DNA of 64,000 nt from Pristiophorus japonicus. Lineage: Eukaryota. Numbering within the stretch: position 1 is the stretch's first letter; every line of letters begins with the position of its first letter. The notes beneath the pieces are model-generated. The model worked only from the letters and a program-made list of their open reading frames with translations, was not told where the DNA came from and did no database searches. Below are positions 62,340 through 64,000 of the stretch, piece after piece. The position numbers were made by a program, and so were the translations under genes. The stretch spans positions 11,718,001 through 11,782,000 of the forward strand of contig NC_092007.1 of NCBI RefSeq assembly GCF_044704955.1, written 5' to 3'.

Positions 62340-64000
62340 AATTTAGCAGCATTGAATCTTTGTCCGATACAACTGGTGTGATGTTTATGGATAAATATTG
62401 GCCGCAGAACATGGGAGAGAACTCCCCTGTTCTCCATCCAATAATGGCCGTGGGATCTTTTACATCCACACAAGAGAACAGAATGGGCGTTGGTATAAAG
62501 TCTCATGTGAAGGACGGTCCCTTCATTTTCGGAAGGATGGAATTCAAAAGCAAAGAAGTTATGTTAAATTTGCAGCCAACCTTCGTTGGACACACTTGGC
62601 GCAGTGTGCGCTGTTCTGGGTCCATATACCTGGATTAGACCACACTTGGAGCAATGTGCACAGTTCTGGTCACCATATACCTGGGTTGGATCACATTTGG
62701 AGCACTGTGCACAGTTCTGATCTCCATATACATGGGTTACAGCAGACATGGAGTACCGTGCACGAGTTTTGGTCTCCATAAATCGTGGTTAGACCACACT
62801 TGAAGCACTGTGCACAGTTCTGGTCTCCATCTACCTGGGTTAGACCACCCTTGAGCACTGTGCACAGCTCTGGTCACCATATACCTTGGTATGTCCACAT
62901 TTGGAGCACTGTTCACAGTTCTGGTCTCCATATACCGTGATTAGACCACACTTGGAGCACTGTGCACAGTTCCAGTCTCCATATTGCAAACAGGAGAAGG
63001 TGAAAAAAAGATTTACAAGGACGATACCAGAACTGGGATGTTATAACTATCACTAATGGCTGGTATTCTTTGCTCTAGAAACGAAAAGCTGAGGGGTGAC
63101 CTGATGGAGGTGTTTACGATTATGAAAGGGTTCGATCGGGTAGACGTAGAGAAGATGTTTCCACTTGTGGCGGAGACCAGAACTAGGGGCCATCAATATA
63201 CGACAGTCACTAATAAATCCAATGGGGAATTCAGGAGAAACTTCTTCACCCAGAGAGGTGTGAGAATGTGGCAATCACTCCCACAGGGGGAGGGGTTGAG
63301 TCGAATAGCAGAGATACATTTAAGGGGACGCTGGAAAAACACATGAGGGAGAAAGAAATAGAAGGATATGGTGATGGGGTGAGATGGAGAGGGGAGGGAG
63401 GAGGCTGGTGTGGAGCATAAGCCCCGGCACGGAGCGGTGGGGCCCAATGGCCTGTTTCTGAGCTGCAAATACTTTGTAGTTGGACTTTAATTTGCAACTG
63501 ACCCAATGACTGCCAATAATGTAAACATCCTCTTTTCTGACTGGAATCAACAGGTTTTGCAATGCTTCTGTACTTTGAGGAATTAAGACACTTGTTGCGA
63601 GAGAGGAGGATGCCACAATGCACAGCCAGCTCCTACAAACAGCAACGTGGGGAAATGAGCAGCTCATTTTTTTTTTGTTGATGTTTGAGGGATAATATAT
63701 TGGAGAACTCCCCTCTGTTCTTGTTCAAAATAATGGCCGTGGGATCTTTACATTCCACCTGTGAGGGCGGATGGGGCCCAGCATTAATGTCTCATTTGAA
63801 AGATTCTACCTTCGAAATGGCGACGCTGTCTCACTAAAGACCCTCCGACATTGCGATGGTCACTCAGTACCTCCCTCATAATTATGACCATAAAAATGCA
63901 AACCAAGAACTGGAGATCATTTCGGGAAGTATGGAATTCGAAAGCAAATAAGTTCTGTTAGATTTTCTGCCAACGTCGGTGAGACCGAACTCGGAGCGCT
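62340..64000. repeat. Composite DeuSINE(-)/CR1(+) tandem with 51-bp array (62590-62980)
   Basis: SINE core 62340-62520, CR1 + VNTR 62525-63470, SINE 63480-63880, CR1 restarts at 63918. Confidence 0.8.

Overview
Repeat-saturated vertebrate DNA, very probably a cartilaginous fish (shark-type CR1 LINEs with (TTTCTATG)n tails, a Deu-domain SINE, a GPR139-like gene); the taxon is inferred from repeat families, not shown directly. Host genes: an intact two-exon GPR139-like GPCR (8697-10486, +; exon 1 is missed by the ORF track), two paralogous chemoattractant-type GPCRs (26101-27154 pseudogene; 57568-58572 open; both -), two internal exons of LIM2 (41613-42535, +) and three orphan copies of a LIM2-like last exon (-). 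Most of 17165-62000 is two tandem copies of one block, each expanded by different later insertions. The least obvious content is two decayed retrovirus-like families. ERV-A has an LTR, a perfect tRNA-Ser PBS, gag with an MHR and two zinc knuckles, and a protease remnant. ERV-B has four LTR copies, a tRNA-Lys-like PBS and a frameshifted envelope gene resembling the F-glycoprotein-like Env of lokiretroviruses. The rest is CR1, L2, RTE, Gypsy, a hAT MITE and four minisatellite families (33, 49, 51, 68 bp), two visibly derived from transposons. All homology calls are from reading and recall; no searches were run and repeat boundaries are approximate.
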